NCBI GenBank assembly: GCA_963809695.1
Contig: CAWEKI010000012.1
Coordinates: 85,493-149,492, forward strand
Length of the DNA: 64,000 bases
Source of the DNA: an uncultured Bacteroidota bacterium
GTDB lineage: Bacteria; Bacteroidota; Ignavibacteria; UBA10030; UBA6906
Reading direction: 5' to 3'
The notes under the pieces were generated by a model. It made no database searches and was not told where the DNA came from. It was given only the letters and a program-made list of their open reading frames with translations. Both the position numbers and the translations under genes were made by a program. Below, in pieces: positions 10,138 through 19,278 of this stretch; position 1 is the first letter of the stretch, and every line of letters begins with the position of its first letter.

Positions 10138-12291
10138 ATGCAAGGATATATGACCCTGGTTCGTACCCTTGTCTTCCTGGCTGCGGCAGCCTGCCTGAGT
10201 AATGCAGGTTTTGGCCAGGCCCGACCGAGGTTGGTGCTCTGCTGCACTGCGGACAATGACCTCTTTGCTGTTCTTGGCAGTTCGGGGATCTCATGCGAAC
10301 GATATGCTGATCCACTGGCTGCGGTCGACCATGCACGCCCGGGAAGTGGCGTGTTGCTGCTTGCCGACGGGTACCCGGGGTTGACAATGCCACTGAGCGC
10401 AGACCTTGTTGCGAAAGCAGCATCGAAGCGATTGCGGGTGTACGTGGAGTATCCCTCATGGCTTCCCGGGGGGAAGACTGCCCAACCGCGGGAAGCGCGG
10501 ATCGAGCGGGCAGTGGTACAAACGGAGTTTTTCGGTGTTGGTCTTCCTCCCCTGCATATCCTGTCGATCAACGGATTACGCTTTATTCCAGTGAATGTTG
10601 GCACCGCGCATCTGGTTGCCGCGCGTGTTGCCGGTTTTGATTCGGCTGTGTATGGACTACCCGCTCACACTTATCCGTTATTGTTTGAGCACCCTGCAGA
10701 CCCGAGGCTCCTGGTGGCGACATCGAAGCTTAGCGGATTTGTGAGGGGCCGCTATGCTCCGGCCGACGCGTGGCGGACCGTGTGGCAGCGGATCCTGAGG
10801 TGGCTCGCACCCGGGGCAAGTCTCCCAACGTTGCAGTGGAAGCCGACGGTGCGCCCGGCATACGATGCCGCTGAAGCTTTACCAGTGGACGCCGAACGCG
10901 CTGCTCTTGTGCGCGGCGTTGGTTGGTTCACGAGGTCTAAACTGTTGGTCCATCCAGGGCGCCTCCAGGAAGTGCAATCGGCAATAAAGCGCGGGTCGCT
11001 GCTCCAGACGCCGGTTCCCGATGCGCCCGTCGGTGACGGCACACTGGGCATCATGGAAGGGCTTCTGTCCGTCATTGCACCGGACGGATCACAGCTCCAG
11101 AGCCCGGCCATGCGCGGTGACTGCAACGGCGAATCAGCGATGGCGTTGGCCTTCGGCGGTGCCGTGCTCGGCGCCCCTGCCGGTTTGACAACGGCGGCAA
11201 AGCTTCTTGACCATTGGTACTTTGTTTCGGATGCACGCAAAGGTCCACGCGGCAACCCGGACAGCAGTGCGTATGGACTGGTCGCGTGGGGCGTCGGGGC
11301 CCCGGCCTGGAGCAAAGCCAACTATGGCGACGATAATGCGCGCTTGATGCTTGGTACGCTGGCCGCTGCAGCCCTCCTGAAGAATGACCGATGGGACGAA
11401 CCCGTCGTGCGATGCATTCTGGCAAATCTCCGGACCAGCGGGAAGCTTGGATTTCGCGGAGATCGGATCGACCTCGAAGAACTCGCTGGCCACGACTGGA
11501 TAGAATTCTTCAACCGGGATATCGTCAACTACTCCCCGCATATGGAGGCGTACCTATGGGCATGTTATCTCTGGGCGTTCGATAAGACCCGTGATTCGCT
11601 TTTCCTGCAGCGTGCGGAGAACGCTTTACGAATGACCATGGCTGTCTACCCCTCGGGATGGCGTTGGATGAACGGACTTGCGCAGGAACGGGCCCGAATA
11701 CTCCTCCCGCTTGCATGGCTTGTGCGCGTGAGCGATACCCCGGAACACCGGCAGTGGCTGCGCACGGCAGTCAACGGGCTGCTGGTACTCCGGGAACCAT
11801 GTGGCGCTTTCAGAGAAGAGCTGGGTGCATCGAACAAAGGAAGCATGCCTCCGCCTTCGTCGAATGAGGCCTACGGCGGAGGGGAAGCTTCGCTGATCCA
11901 GCGGAATGGTGACCCCGTTTCGGACCAACTCTATACCACCAACTTTGCGTTTCTCGGCCTGCACGAGGCTGCCGCCCTTGGCGATCCCGCCAGCATGGAG
12001 GCTGAAGAAACACTAGCAGCATACTTCTGCAGAATTCAGGTCCGCTCCGAGGCTCACCCGTCGCTCGAAGGCGGGTGGTTCCGGGCTTTCGATTTCAAAC
12101 GGTGGGAACCCTGGGGAAGCAACGCCGATGCGGGATGGGGGGCGTGGAGCATTGAGTCCGGCTGGACGCAGGCGTGGATCACGTCGGTCCTTGCCATGCG
12201 ACAGATGAAGACCTCCCTCTGGGATCTGACCGCAGGCAGCAAGATCGGCTCCGGCTATATGGGGTTGCGCTGGGAAATGCTGTCACATTAA
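10138..12291 (+). CDS. secreted hypothetical protein (717 aa), possible uncharacterised glycoside hydrolase
   Basis: Signal peptide (MTLVRTLVFLAAAACLSNAGFGQA) and codon usage consistent with its neighbours. It is flanked by glycosidases on the same strand. The C-terminal third has the aromatic/Gly-rich character of six-hairpin glycosidases (GGWFRAFDFKRWEPWGSNADAGWGAWSIESGWTQAWI). No named family recognised. Confidence 0.55.
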   Translation: MQGYMTLVRTLVFLAAAACLSNAGFGQARPRLVLCCTADNDLFAVLGSSGISCERYADPLAAVDHARPGSGVLLLADGYPGLTMPLSADLVAKAASKRLRVYVEYPSWLPGGKTAQPREARIERAVVQTEFFGVGLPPLHILSINGLRFIPVNVGTAHLVAARVAGFDSAVYGLPAHTYPLLFEHPADPRLLVATSKLSGFVRGRYAPADAWRTVWQRILRWLAPGASLPTLQWKPTVRPAYDAAEALPVDAERAALVRGVGWFTRSKLLVHPGRLQEVQSAIKRGSLLQTPVPDAPVGDGTLGIMEGLLSVIAPDGSQLQSPAMRGDCNGESAMALAFGGAVLGAPAGLTTAAKLLDHWYFVSDARKGPRGNPDSSAYGLVAWGVGAPAWSKANYGDDNARLMLGTLAAAALLKNDRWDEPVVRCILANLRTSGKLGFRGDRIDLEELAGHDWIEFFNRDIVNYSPHMEAYLWACYLWAFDKTRDSLFLQRAENALRMTMAVYPSGWRWMNGLAQERARILLPLAWLVRVSDTPEHRQWLRTAVNGLLVLREPCGAFREELGASNKGSMPPPSSNEAYGGGEASLIQRNGDPVSDQLYTTNFAFLGLHEAAALGDPASMEAEETLAAYFCRIQVRSEAHPSLEGGWFRAFDFKRWEPWGSNADAGWGAWSIESGWTQAWITSVLAMRQMKTSLWDLTAGSKIGSGYMGLRWEMLSH

Positions 12292-12321
12292 TGCCCTCTC
12301 ACGGGAATCAGGAAGACTGCC

Positions 12322-14448
12322 ATGACGTACTCCCGTCCTGTAGACCGACTCCTCCTCGCCATCCTCCTGACGGCCGTGTTCGTTTTTCTGCTGCGGGCCG
12401 ATGCTCAGGAATCCAGGGCTCCGCGACTTGTCCCTGCCGAATGTGCCTGGGATGGAGTTCACCTTGAGCTGCGGTATAACGGGCGAATTCTCTTCAGGGC
12501 GAAGCTTGACAACCCCGCTGCCCTGGAAGGCTTCAGCTCTGTTGTCTCGGACGAAGATGGAAAGATCGATCAAGTGTTCAAGTGGGTCTCGCGCAGGGAG
12601 CCGTTGCGGATGACCGGAGAAATGGTGGGGAGCGCGGAGTCCTTCCCGTGCGAGTCGGAGCGAAGAGAAGATGCGCCGCTTATCGTCCGTCATAGCTTTG
12701 GTCTGAGCCATAGCTTGCTGAACCGTGCACTCTATGATAGAAGGAGCGATTGGCTTCTCTCGGCGGACTTTCCAACCTCGATCATTGTCTCCCCAGCCCT
12801 GGTCAATGCGGACAGCAATGTATACACCGTTACCGCGACCGGCCAGGATATCATCCTGCGGTTCAGGCCCGGCTATTACATGAAGTTCAAAGGGCTGAAG
12901 CACTTCCAGCCGTGGACGTACAACGTGTGGGACAGATCCATTGCGGGGTGGGTTTCCTGGTTTGCGTATTTCAGGGACATAACGGAAGAAAACATCAAGG
13001 CTGCGGCCGATGTATTGTCCGAAGTACTGCTACCGTTCGGTCTGGAATACCTCCAGATCGATGACGGATACCAACAGACCCCGGTCGGCATTCCAGAGAC
13101 GTGGCTCGTCCCGAACAAGAAGTTCCCTTCCGGTCTTCAGGGGCTGAGTGGCTACATTCGGCAAAAAGGATTGAAGCCGGGGATATGGACGAACGTGAGC
13201 TTTTACCAGAAGGAATTCGTTCAAAAGAACACAACCCTCTTTGTGCGTGATGAGCAGGACAATCCGGCTTTCGGCAACTGGATCGGGTATGTGATGGATG
13301 GGTCCAATCCTCGAACCGTTGACCAATTGATAAAGCCGGTGTATCGGAGCCTTAAAGCCACGGGGTGGCAGTATTTCAAGGTAGATGCCCTCCGCCATCT
13401 CCGGTATGAAGGTTACAACAGCTTCCCCGACTATTTTGCACGCAAGGGCGCAGACAGGGAGGAAGTGTACCGGAGTGTGGTTGCATCGATCCGGAAAGAA
13501 GTTGGCCCGGACAACGTCTTGATGGGCTGCTGGGGGATTCGTCCTGAACTGGCGGGTCTGCTTGACGCTTGCCGGATAGGGGATGACGGCTTCGGGTATG
13601 GCGGGCTGGCGCAGTACAACTCTTACAACAATGTTGTCTGGCGCAATGACCCGGACCATATTCAGCTGACGCCGGAGGAGGCGTATCGTTCGTGCATGGC
13701 CACTTCGCTGACCGGATCTGTGTTCATGCTCACCGACAAACCGGTGGTGTACCGCAACACGCTTGTCGAACCGCCGAAACGCTGCCTGCCGGTTCTGTTC
13801 ACCCGGCCCGGACAGGTGTACGATATCGAGCCGTCGCGATCGAGTCAACTGGGCTCGGTTCAAACGGAGCTCAGCGGGGCCGGGCCGCGGCCGGTCGATG
13901 CCGACCAGAGGCCGTATTGCGATCTCTACCTGCTCGAGTTGAACATGCCCTTTGAGAACTGGGTTGTCCTGGGGCGGCTGGGTGGAGGGAAAGACTCGAT
14001 ACCGTTCGCCGATCTCGGGCTGAAGCCGGATCAGGAGTACCTTGCGTTCGAATTCTGGGCCAGGAAATTCGTCGGGACTTTTCGAAACGCTCTTCCCCTT
14101 GGCGAGATCGACTCAACGTATCGATGCCAGGCATTCTGCATACGGGAAAAGAAACCGTATCCCCAGGTCATCGCGACGAGCAGGCACGTGAGCTGCGGCG
14201 CGGTTGATCTCCGGCAAGTCAATTGGCGCGACAATAGAATGTCTGGAGAGAGCGATCTCGTGCGAAACGATGTGTATGCCCTCTACTTGACCGAGCCCGA
14301 GGGATTTGTGCTGCGGCGCTTCTCGTGTGCAGATGCTGAAGTCACGCTCAACAGGAAAGAGGGAGCCATGAGGATCATTGAGATGAGGAGCAACAAAGGG
14401 GGAGAGGTTCTGTGGCAACTTGACTACGTCCGTGAAGACGGGCGCTGA
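12322..14448 (+). CDS. alpha-galactosidase-like glycosidase (clan GH-D; GH27/GH36-type TIM barrel)
   Basis: 708 aa with a signal peptide. The melibiase-type core GWVSWFAYFRDITEENIKAAADVL…FGLEYLQIDDGYQ fits the GW-SW-…-IDDGW pattern of GH27/GH36. Confidence 0.6.
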   Translation: MTYSRPVDRLLLAILLTAVFVFLLRADAQESRAPRLVPAECAWDGVHLELRYNGRILFRAKLDNPAALEGFSSVVSDEDGKIDQVFKWVSRREPLRMTGEMVGSAESFPCESERREDAPLIVRHSFGLSHSLLNRALYDRRSDWLLSADFPTSIIVSPALVNADSNVYTVTATGQDIILRFRPGYYMKFKGLKHFQPWTYNVWDRSIAGWVSWFAYFRDITEENIKAAADVLSEVLLPFGLEYLQIDDGYQQTPVGIPETWLVPNKKFPSGLQGLSGYIRQKGLKPGIWTNVSFYQKEFVQKNTTLFVRDEQDNPAFGNWIGYVMDGSNPRTVDQLIKPVYRSLKATGWQYFKVDALRHLRYEGYNSFPDYFARKGADREEVYRSVVASIRKEVGPDNVLMGCWGIRPELAGLLDACRIGDDGFGYGGLAQYNSYNNVVWRNDPDHIQLTPEEAYRSCMATSLTGSVFMLTDKPVVYRNTLVEPPKRCLPVLFTRPGQVYDIEPSRSSQLGSVQTELSGAGPRPVDADQRPYCDLYLLELNMPFENWVVLGRLGGGKDSIPFADLGLKPDQEYLAFEFWARKFVGTFRNALPLGEIDSTYRCQAFCIREKKPYPQVIATSRHVSCGAVDLRQVNWRDNRMSGESDLVRNDVYALYLTEPEGFVLRRFSCADAEVTLNRKEGAMRIIEMRSNKGGEVLWQLDYVREDGR

Positions 14449-14458
14449 TCCTGAAACG

Positions 14459-14490
14459 AAAAAGGGGTTCCGCATTACGGAACCCCTTTT
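14459..14490. terminator. bidirectional rho-independent terminator between convergent genes
   Basis: AAAAA-GGGGTTCCG-cattA-CGGAACCCC-TTTT: a perfect 9-bp GC-rich stem with a 5-nt loop, flanked by an A-tract and a T-tract. It sits between the stop of the + strand gene (14448) and the stop of the minus-strand gene (14515). Confidence 0.8.
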
Positions 14491-14514
14491 GAGTGAGATC
14501 CTTGGACGAACCGA

Positions 14515-14934
14515 TTAATATACCTGATAGAGACTATCGGTACGGCCCTGATCACGCGCGATTATGCACATGGTGACGTTATTGCCTGCCGAGCCTCTCT
14601 CCGTTCCCACACCCTGGATAATCACCTGGTTGGCCGTTCCGGCCGATGAAACCGTGTAGGTTCCGTTTGCATTCTTGCCCAGGGCCATGTTGGTCAGCTT
14701 GGCCAGACCAGTCGCATCGGCCGTCAGACCGACGAAGGAGTTGCCGCCACCGCCCAACGCTGCCGGACGGCGGTAGAACTGCTGGGCCCGGGCCGCGAGG
14801 TTGACAAGGTCATTGGAGACCGCATCCCGGTTGGCCGAGACAGCGTTGTCGGAGAACATCGTGATTCCGACCGCGACGGCGATCCCGACCACGATCACAC
14901 CGAGGATGATCAGAAGAAGTTGCTGTTGTCCCAT
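14515..14934 (-). CDS. small membrane-anchored pilin-like protein (non-canonical N-terminus)
   Basis: 139 aa. The N-terminus MGQQQLLLIILGVIVVGIAVAVGITMF is a hydrophobic helix. It is followed by a pilin-like alpha1-C segment (NRDAVSNDLVNLAARAQQFY) and a Gly/Thr/Asn-rich beta-region ending in a Cys-containing tail. The G-F-T-L-I-E prepilin motif is absent. A terminator lies downstream. Confidence 0.5.
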   Translation of the reverse strand: MGQQQLLLIILGVIVVGIAVAVGITMFSDNAVSANRDAVSNDLVNLAARAQQFYRRPAALGGGGNSFVGLTADATGLAKLTNMALGKNANGTYTVSSAGTANQVIIQGVGTERGSAGNNVTMCIIARDQGRTDSLYQVY

Positions 14935-15166
14935 GAGTGTATCCTTCCTGTGTTTGTGATATGAAGCCTAGCGTTAGTGAGAGCGTTTTCAAGTCTGGCT
15001 CTTTATGGTCAAGAGCCATGCCAAGTTCAATATCCCTCAACACGGGCGGGATTTAGGGTTCTTGATCAGTGTGAGGCCCGGTGAAGGTCACTTTGACTCC
15101 CCACGGGTTTTTCTGACTTGTAGGTTAGTAAAAAAGCGAACACAGGACTGACCCGCCCTTCCCCCC

Positions 15167-15195
15167 TTGACAAATCGCTTTTCCTTTTGTATACT
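15167..15195 (+). promoter_or_regulatory. sigma70-consensus-like promoter upstream of GH28 gene
   Basis: TTGACA (15167-15172), 17-nt spacer, TATACT (15190-15195), ~52 nt upstream of the ATG at 15248. The ORF-track ORF starting with TTG at 15167 is this promoter read as codons. Confidence 0.5.
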
Positions 15196-15210
15196 GCTTT
15201 ACATTAAAGT

Positions 15211-15229
15211 TAGCGGTAAAGTAACCGAT
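15211..15229 (+). promoter_or_regulatory. candidate operator: imperfect palindrome CGGTAAAG-TAACCG (shared AGTAACCG motif)
   Basis: TAGCGGTAAAGTAACCGAT lies ~19 nt downstream of the -10. A near-identical site is TATCGGTTAAGTAACCGCT at 35354-35372, and a third copy in opposite orientation (AACCGGTTACT) is at 19185-19195. Confidence 0.35.
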
Positions 15230-15247
15230 TATCCTCTTTGCCCCCTT

Positions 15248-16846
15248 ATGACCCGGAAATTCCACTCTGCGGTCGTTCTTCTCTTGGGAACCCTACTCTT
15301 CGCCAGTCTCTCATGCGATTCAGGGACCCCCCGCGCGCAACAGCTCGGGACTATCGAGCCCATCAATGCACCTTTTGTCATGCCTCAGCTTGTGCGCCCG
15401 TCGATTCCGGATAGGGAGTTCGACATCCGTGATTTTGGCGCGGTCGAGGGAGGGTCGGTCAAGAACACTCAGGCTATCCGGCAGGCGATATCGGCGGCCG
15501 CAAAGGCCGGTGGGGGACATGTGGTGATTCCCCCCGGGAAATGGCTCACGGGCGCCATACATCTCGACAATAATATCGACCTCCATCTCCTTCGCGACGC
15601 AGAGCTATTCTTCAGCCAGGACGCTGCTGACTACCTCCCTGTCGTCTTCTCCCGGCATGAAGACATTGAATGCTACAAATACTCTGCATTCATCTACGCC
15701 GACCAGAAGACGAACATCGCCGTCAGCGGCGAAGGCACGCTCAATGGCCAGGGTAAGCCCTGGTGGGCATGGAAGGAGTCCAAGCGGGGCAGTGAAAAGG
15801 ACCTCTATGCTATGGGGGCAAGCGGGGTTCCCATTGAGCAGCGGATCTTCGATGGAAAGGAGGGAAGGGAGCTCCGGCCGGCGTTCTTCCAGCCGATGCG
15901 CTGCACGAACGTGCTCGTGGAAGGAGTGACATTCCTTTATGGCGCGTTCTGGACGATCACGCCGACCTACTGCGAAAATGTCATCGTGCGCAACGTCCAT
16001 ATCCGGACCGAGGGCGACTATGGCCACACTCCGAACGGTGATGGTGTCGACCCGTCATCATGCAAGAACGTCCTGATCGAACACTGCACCTTCGACACGG
16101 GAGATGACTGCATCGCCATCAAGGCGGGGCGTGACGCCGACGGGCTCCGGGTCGCGCAGCCCACCGAGAATGTGGTCGTTCGACATTGTCGCGGACTCCG
16201 GGGGCACGGCGGGATTGTCATCGGGAGCGAAACCTCGGGCGGCATCAGAAACATCTACGCGTATGACTGTCGGTTCAATGGCACCGACAGGATTGTCCGG
16301 ATCAAGACGGCGCGCGGACGCGGGGGCGTCCTGGAGAATATGTGGTTCCGGCAGCTTGCCGCCGATACCATTGAGCAGGAAGCCATCCACATCAACTTGC
16401 TGTACACGGGGAGCAGGCTTCCTTCCCTGCCATTCACCAAGGCCACACCTGTTGTCAGGAGAATCCACTTTAGCAATATCACCTGTGCTTTCGCGAAACG
16501 CCATGCGGTGGAGATTCTGGGTTTGCCGGAATCGCCGGTCGAATCCGTTACCATGGACAGCATCGGCATGCACGCTGCCCTGGGGGTCGCCTGTACCGAT
16601 GCGCGCGACCTCTCATTCAGGTACCTGAGCGTCGCTGCCGATACGTGTCCGGTTGTGGAACTTACCGACTGCAGCCGTGTCACGTTCGATTCCGTCTCGA
16701 TTCCCGCCAATGCCGATCCATTCCTTCACGTAGGGGGTGCCAGATCAGGCAAGATCATGCTGCTCAATTCCCCGGTCCTCACCGCGAAGGCCGTGGTTCG
16801 GCTCGGGGCCGAAACTCCCCGGCAGGCTGTGTCGATTAAAGATTAA
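15248..16846 (+). CDS. GH28 polygalacturonase-family glycosidase (pectin/rhamnogalacturonan backbone), secreted/lipoprotein-like
   Basis: Most plausible start is the ATG at 15248 (MTRKFHSAVVLLLGTLLFASLSC). The GH28 N-terminal signature is present (DFGAVEGGSVKNTQAIRQAISAAAKAGGGHVVIPPGKWLTGAIHLDNNIDLHL), followed by parallel beta-helix repeats and catalytic-region motifs (NGDGVDP…GDDCIAIK…GHGGIVIGSE). Confidence 0.85.
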   Translation: MTRKFHSAVVLLLGTLLFASLSCDSGTPRAQQLGTIEPINAPFVMPQLVRPSIPDREFDIRDFGAVEGGSVKNTQAIRQAISAAAKAGGGHVVIPPGKWLTGAIHLDNNIDLHLLRDAELFFSQDAADYLPVVFSRHEDIECYKYSAFIYADQKTNIAVSGEGTLNGQGKPWWAWKESKRGSEKDLYAMGASGVPIEQRIFDGKEGRELRPAFFQPMRCTNVLVEGVTFLYGAFWTITPTYCENVIVRNVHIRTEGDYGHTPNGDGVDPSSCKNVLIEHCTFDTGDDCIAIKAGRDADGLRVAQPTENVVVRHCRGLRGHGGIVIGSETSGGIRNIYAYDCRFNGTDRIVRIKTARGRGGVLENMWFRQLAADTIEQEAIHINLLYTGSRLPSLPFTKATPVVRRIHFSNITCAFAKRHAVEILGLPESPVESVTMDSIGMHAALGVACTDARDLSFRYLSVAADTCPVVELTDCSRVTFDSVSIPANADPFLHVGGARSGKIMLLNSPVLTAKAVVRLGAETPRQAVSIKD

Positions 16847-16872
16847 TTCTCACCTCTATCACGGGGGTCAGT

Positions 16873-18099
16873 GTGAAGCGTTCAAAGCGCATCTCCTGGA
16901 ACCATCGGATTGCGGCAGTACTGGTGCCACTTTCCCTCGCTGTGTCTTCGCGACACTGCGTAAGCCCGATGGAACACACCCTGGGGCGATCGTGGGCAAT
17001 TCGTATTGCAGAGTCATTCCTCGAACGGCACCCTGACGCCATCATGAATGTCGATGGCAAGCACGACACAACCTGGACCTACGAGCAGGGATTGATGCTG
17101 GAGGCATTTCGTCAGATGGGGCGCTTTACCGGAGAACAGCGGTATGACAACTTCATCCGGCACAATCTCCGGCATTACATAGGAGAGGACGGATCGATCC
17201 GGACCTACAAACTGGAGGATTACAACCTGGACATGGTGGCCGGCGGGCGTGCGCTCCTGTACCTTCTGGAGACGACCAGCCAGCAGAAATATCGCACGGC
17301 GGCGGATCTGCTCCGGCGACAGTTGAACGAACAACCGAGGACACATGAAGGGGGGTTCTGGCACAAGAAGATCTATCCGTACCAAATGTGGCTGGATGGG
17401 TTGTACATGGCCGAACCGTTCTACGCGTCGTATGCTCTGCAGTTCAACGAGCCCCGGGCGTTCGATGACGTTGCCGATCAGTTCGATTTTGTCTATCGCC
17501 ACACCCGCGACTCTGCCACAGGCCTTTGCTACCACGGGTGGGATGAAAGCAGGACGCAGCAGTGGGCTGACCCTTCAACCGGGCATTCCCCGAGCATCTG
17601 GGGGCGCGCCATGGGATGGTACCTCATGGGATTGGTGGATGTCCTCGACTATTTTCCCTTGGATCATCCACGCCGGGGAGAGCTGATTCGCATTCTGCAG
17701 GAGGTGAGCGGTGCGTTGCTCGCATTTCAGGACAGCACCACGGGGATGTGGTACCAGGTGGTCGATCAGGCGGGGCGCCCCGGCAACTATCTTGAATCCT
17801 CGGCCTCTGCGATGTTTGCCTATGGATTCGCAAAAGGGGCAAATAAGCATTATCTTGAGGCCCGCTTTCTTGGTGCGGCAAAGCGGGCCATGCAAGGCAT
17901 CCGGCAACAGTGCGTTTCGGTGGACGAAGCCGGGCAGGTAAACCTGAAGGATACATGCCGGGGTGCCGGGCTCGGTGGGAATCCATACAGAGATGGAACC
18001 TACTCCTACTACGTGAACGTCCCGCGCGCAACCAACGACATGAAGGGAATCGGCCCCTTGCTGCTTGCCGCCATCGAAATCGAACGAGGAAACATATGA
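16873..18099 (+). CDS. unsaturated rhamnogalacturonyl/glucuronyl hydrolase (GH105/GH88 family)
   Basis: 408 aa. The motif GGFWHKKIYPYQMWLDGLYMAEPFYASYA and the (alpha/alpha)6 pattern (WGRAMGWYLMGLVDVLDY) are typical of YteR/YesR-type GH105. It sits in a pectin context. Confidence 0.75.
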   Translation: MKRSKRISWNHRIAAVLVPLSLAVSSRHCVSPMEHTLGRSWAIRIAESFLERHPDAIMNVDGKHDTTWTYEQGLMLEAFRQMGRFTGEQRYDNFIRHNLRHYIGEDGSIRTYKLEDYNLDMVAGGRALLYLLETTSQQKYRTAADLLRRQLNEQPRTHEGGFWHKKIYPYQMWLDGLYMAEPFYASYALQFNEPRAFDDVADQFDFVYRHTRDSATGLCYHGWDESRTQQWADPSTGHSPSIWGRAMGWYLMGLVDVLDYFPLDHPRRGELIRILQEVSGALLAFQDSTTGMWYQVVDQAGRPGNYLESSASAMFAYGFAKGANKHYLEARFLGAAKRAMQGIRQQCVSVDEAGQVNLKDTCRGAGLGGNPYRDGTYSYYVNVPRATNDMKGIGPLLLAAIEIERGNI

Positions 18100-19163
18100 A
18101 GAATACCCGAAGGATAAACACGCTGGCGACTCTGGATGACATCGCAAAACGGGTCAAGGTCTCTCGCGTTACGGTTTCAAAGGCGCTCCGCGGACACCCC
18201 GATATTTCCGACAAGACGGCACGGATGGTGCGGAAAGTGGCTGAGGAAATCGGGTACCGCCCCAACATCATTGCCAGGAGCCTTTCCGCCCGGCGCTCGA
18301 ACATGATCGGCCTCGTCGTTCCGAAGATCGCGCACTTCTTTTTCGGGTCCGTGATCGAGGGCATCTACAACGCAGCATTCAGCAACAATTACGAAACCAT
18401 CCTGACGGTTTCCCAGGAGAACCCCGATCGAGAGCGAAGACACCTCCAGACGCTCATTTCGATGCGCGTGGATGGCATTATCATTTCCGTTTCTCAGGGG
18501 ACCAGGGATCTGGAGATCTTCCAATGGATCAAGAAGCTCGGGGTTCCACTCCTGTTCGTGGATCGCCAGCCCTCTCCACGCCCTGAAGGGTTCAGCAGCG
18601 TTCTTGTGGACGACAGAGGGGGGACCTTCAAGGCGATCGAGCATGCGATCAGCATCGGTTACCGGAAGATCGCGTGCATTGGCGGAGACACGCGTATCAA
18701 TATCGGCAAGGAGCGCACTGCCGGGTTTGAGGCCGCTATGAAAGCGCACGGTCTTCCGGTGGAAAAGCGATGGGTTGTGCCCGGAGGTTTCAGCAAGGAG
18801 ACCGGCTATGACGCGGTTCTCAAGCTTCATGCGGAGCGCCAGCTTCCCGAGCTCATTTTCGCCATGACCTATCCGGTCGCTCTCGGAGTGTACGAGGCGG
18901 CAAAGGAGCTGGGGCTCTCAATTCCGCAGGATGTGGACATTATCTGCTTCGGTGACAGCGACGTCTCGAGAGTGATATCGCCGGCGCTCAGCTGCGTACG
19001 GCAGCCCAGCTATGAACTGGGTTTGAAGGGGGTGGAGGTCATGCTCAACGTCCTGGCCCACCCGGAATCTGCGCAGGAACAACACTTGGTGCTTCCGGCG
19101 GATCTCATTGTGCGGGAAACGTGCACAGGAAAGAATGTGATCAAGTCGTCAAAGAAGGGATAG
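18096..19163 (+). CDS. LacI-family transcriptional regulator
   Basis: The ATG at 18096 overlaps the GH105 stop (ATGA). An N-terminal HTH is present (ATLDDIAKRVKVSRVTVSKALRGHPDISDKTARMVRKVAEEIGYRPNIIARSL), followed by a periplasmic-binding-protein-like sugar-binding core (MIGLVVP…). Confidence 0.85.
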   Translation: MKNTRRINTLATLDDIAKRVKVSRVTVSKALRGHPDISDKTARMVRKVAEEIGYRPNIIARSLSARRSNMIGLVVPKIAHFFFGSVIEGIYNAAFSNNYETILTVSQENPDRERRHLQTLISMRVDGIIISVSQGTRDLEIFQWIKKLGVPLLFVDRQPSPRPEGFSSVLVDDRGGTFKAIEHAISIGYRKIACIGGDTRINIGKERTAGFEAAMKAHGLPVEKRWVVPGGFSKETGYDAVLKLHAERQLPELIFAMTYPVALGVYEAAKELGLSIPQDVDIICFGDSDVSRVISPALSCVRQPSYELGLKGVEVMLNVLAHPESAQEQHLVLPADLIVRETCTGKNVIKSSKKG

Positions 19164-19184
19164 GGAGCCCGTTCATTCATATGG

Positions 19185-19195
19185 AACCGGTTACT
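19185..19195 (-). promoter_or_regulatory. third copy of AGTAACCG(GTT) motif, upstream of GH28-fusion gene
   Basis: AACCGGTTACT on the + strand equals AGTAACCGGTT on the minus strand. It lies 22 nt after the lacI-family stop and ~85 nt before the ATG at 19279. Confidence 0.3.
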
Positions 19196-19278
19196 GTCGA
19201 CGGCCAGTCCGGAGGCGTATGCCTCTCTTGTCGGATAGCGGGATCCTATTGAACAACAACCACGCCAGTCCTCTAGCA

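Noticed and set aside
15167-15247. N-terminal extension of the GH28 ORF starting at TTG 15167 (MTNRFSFCILLYIKVSGK…)
   Set aside because: The 'start codon' is the TTG of the TTGACA -35 box. The extension reads through the promoter and the -10. The ATG at 15248 gives a proper signal peptide.
17910-18095. 62-codon upstream extension of the LacI-family ORF
   Set aside because: The extension overlaps the end of the GH105 gene in another frame and is Arg-rich. The HTH begins right after the ATG at 18096, which overlaps the GH105 stop.
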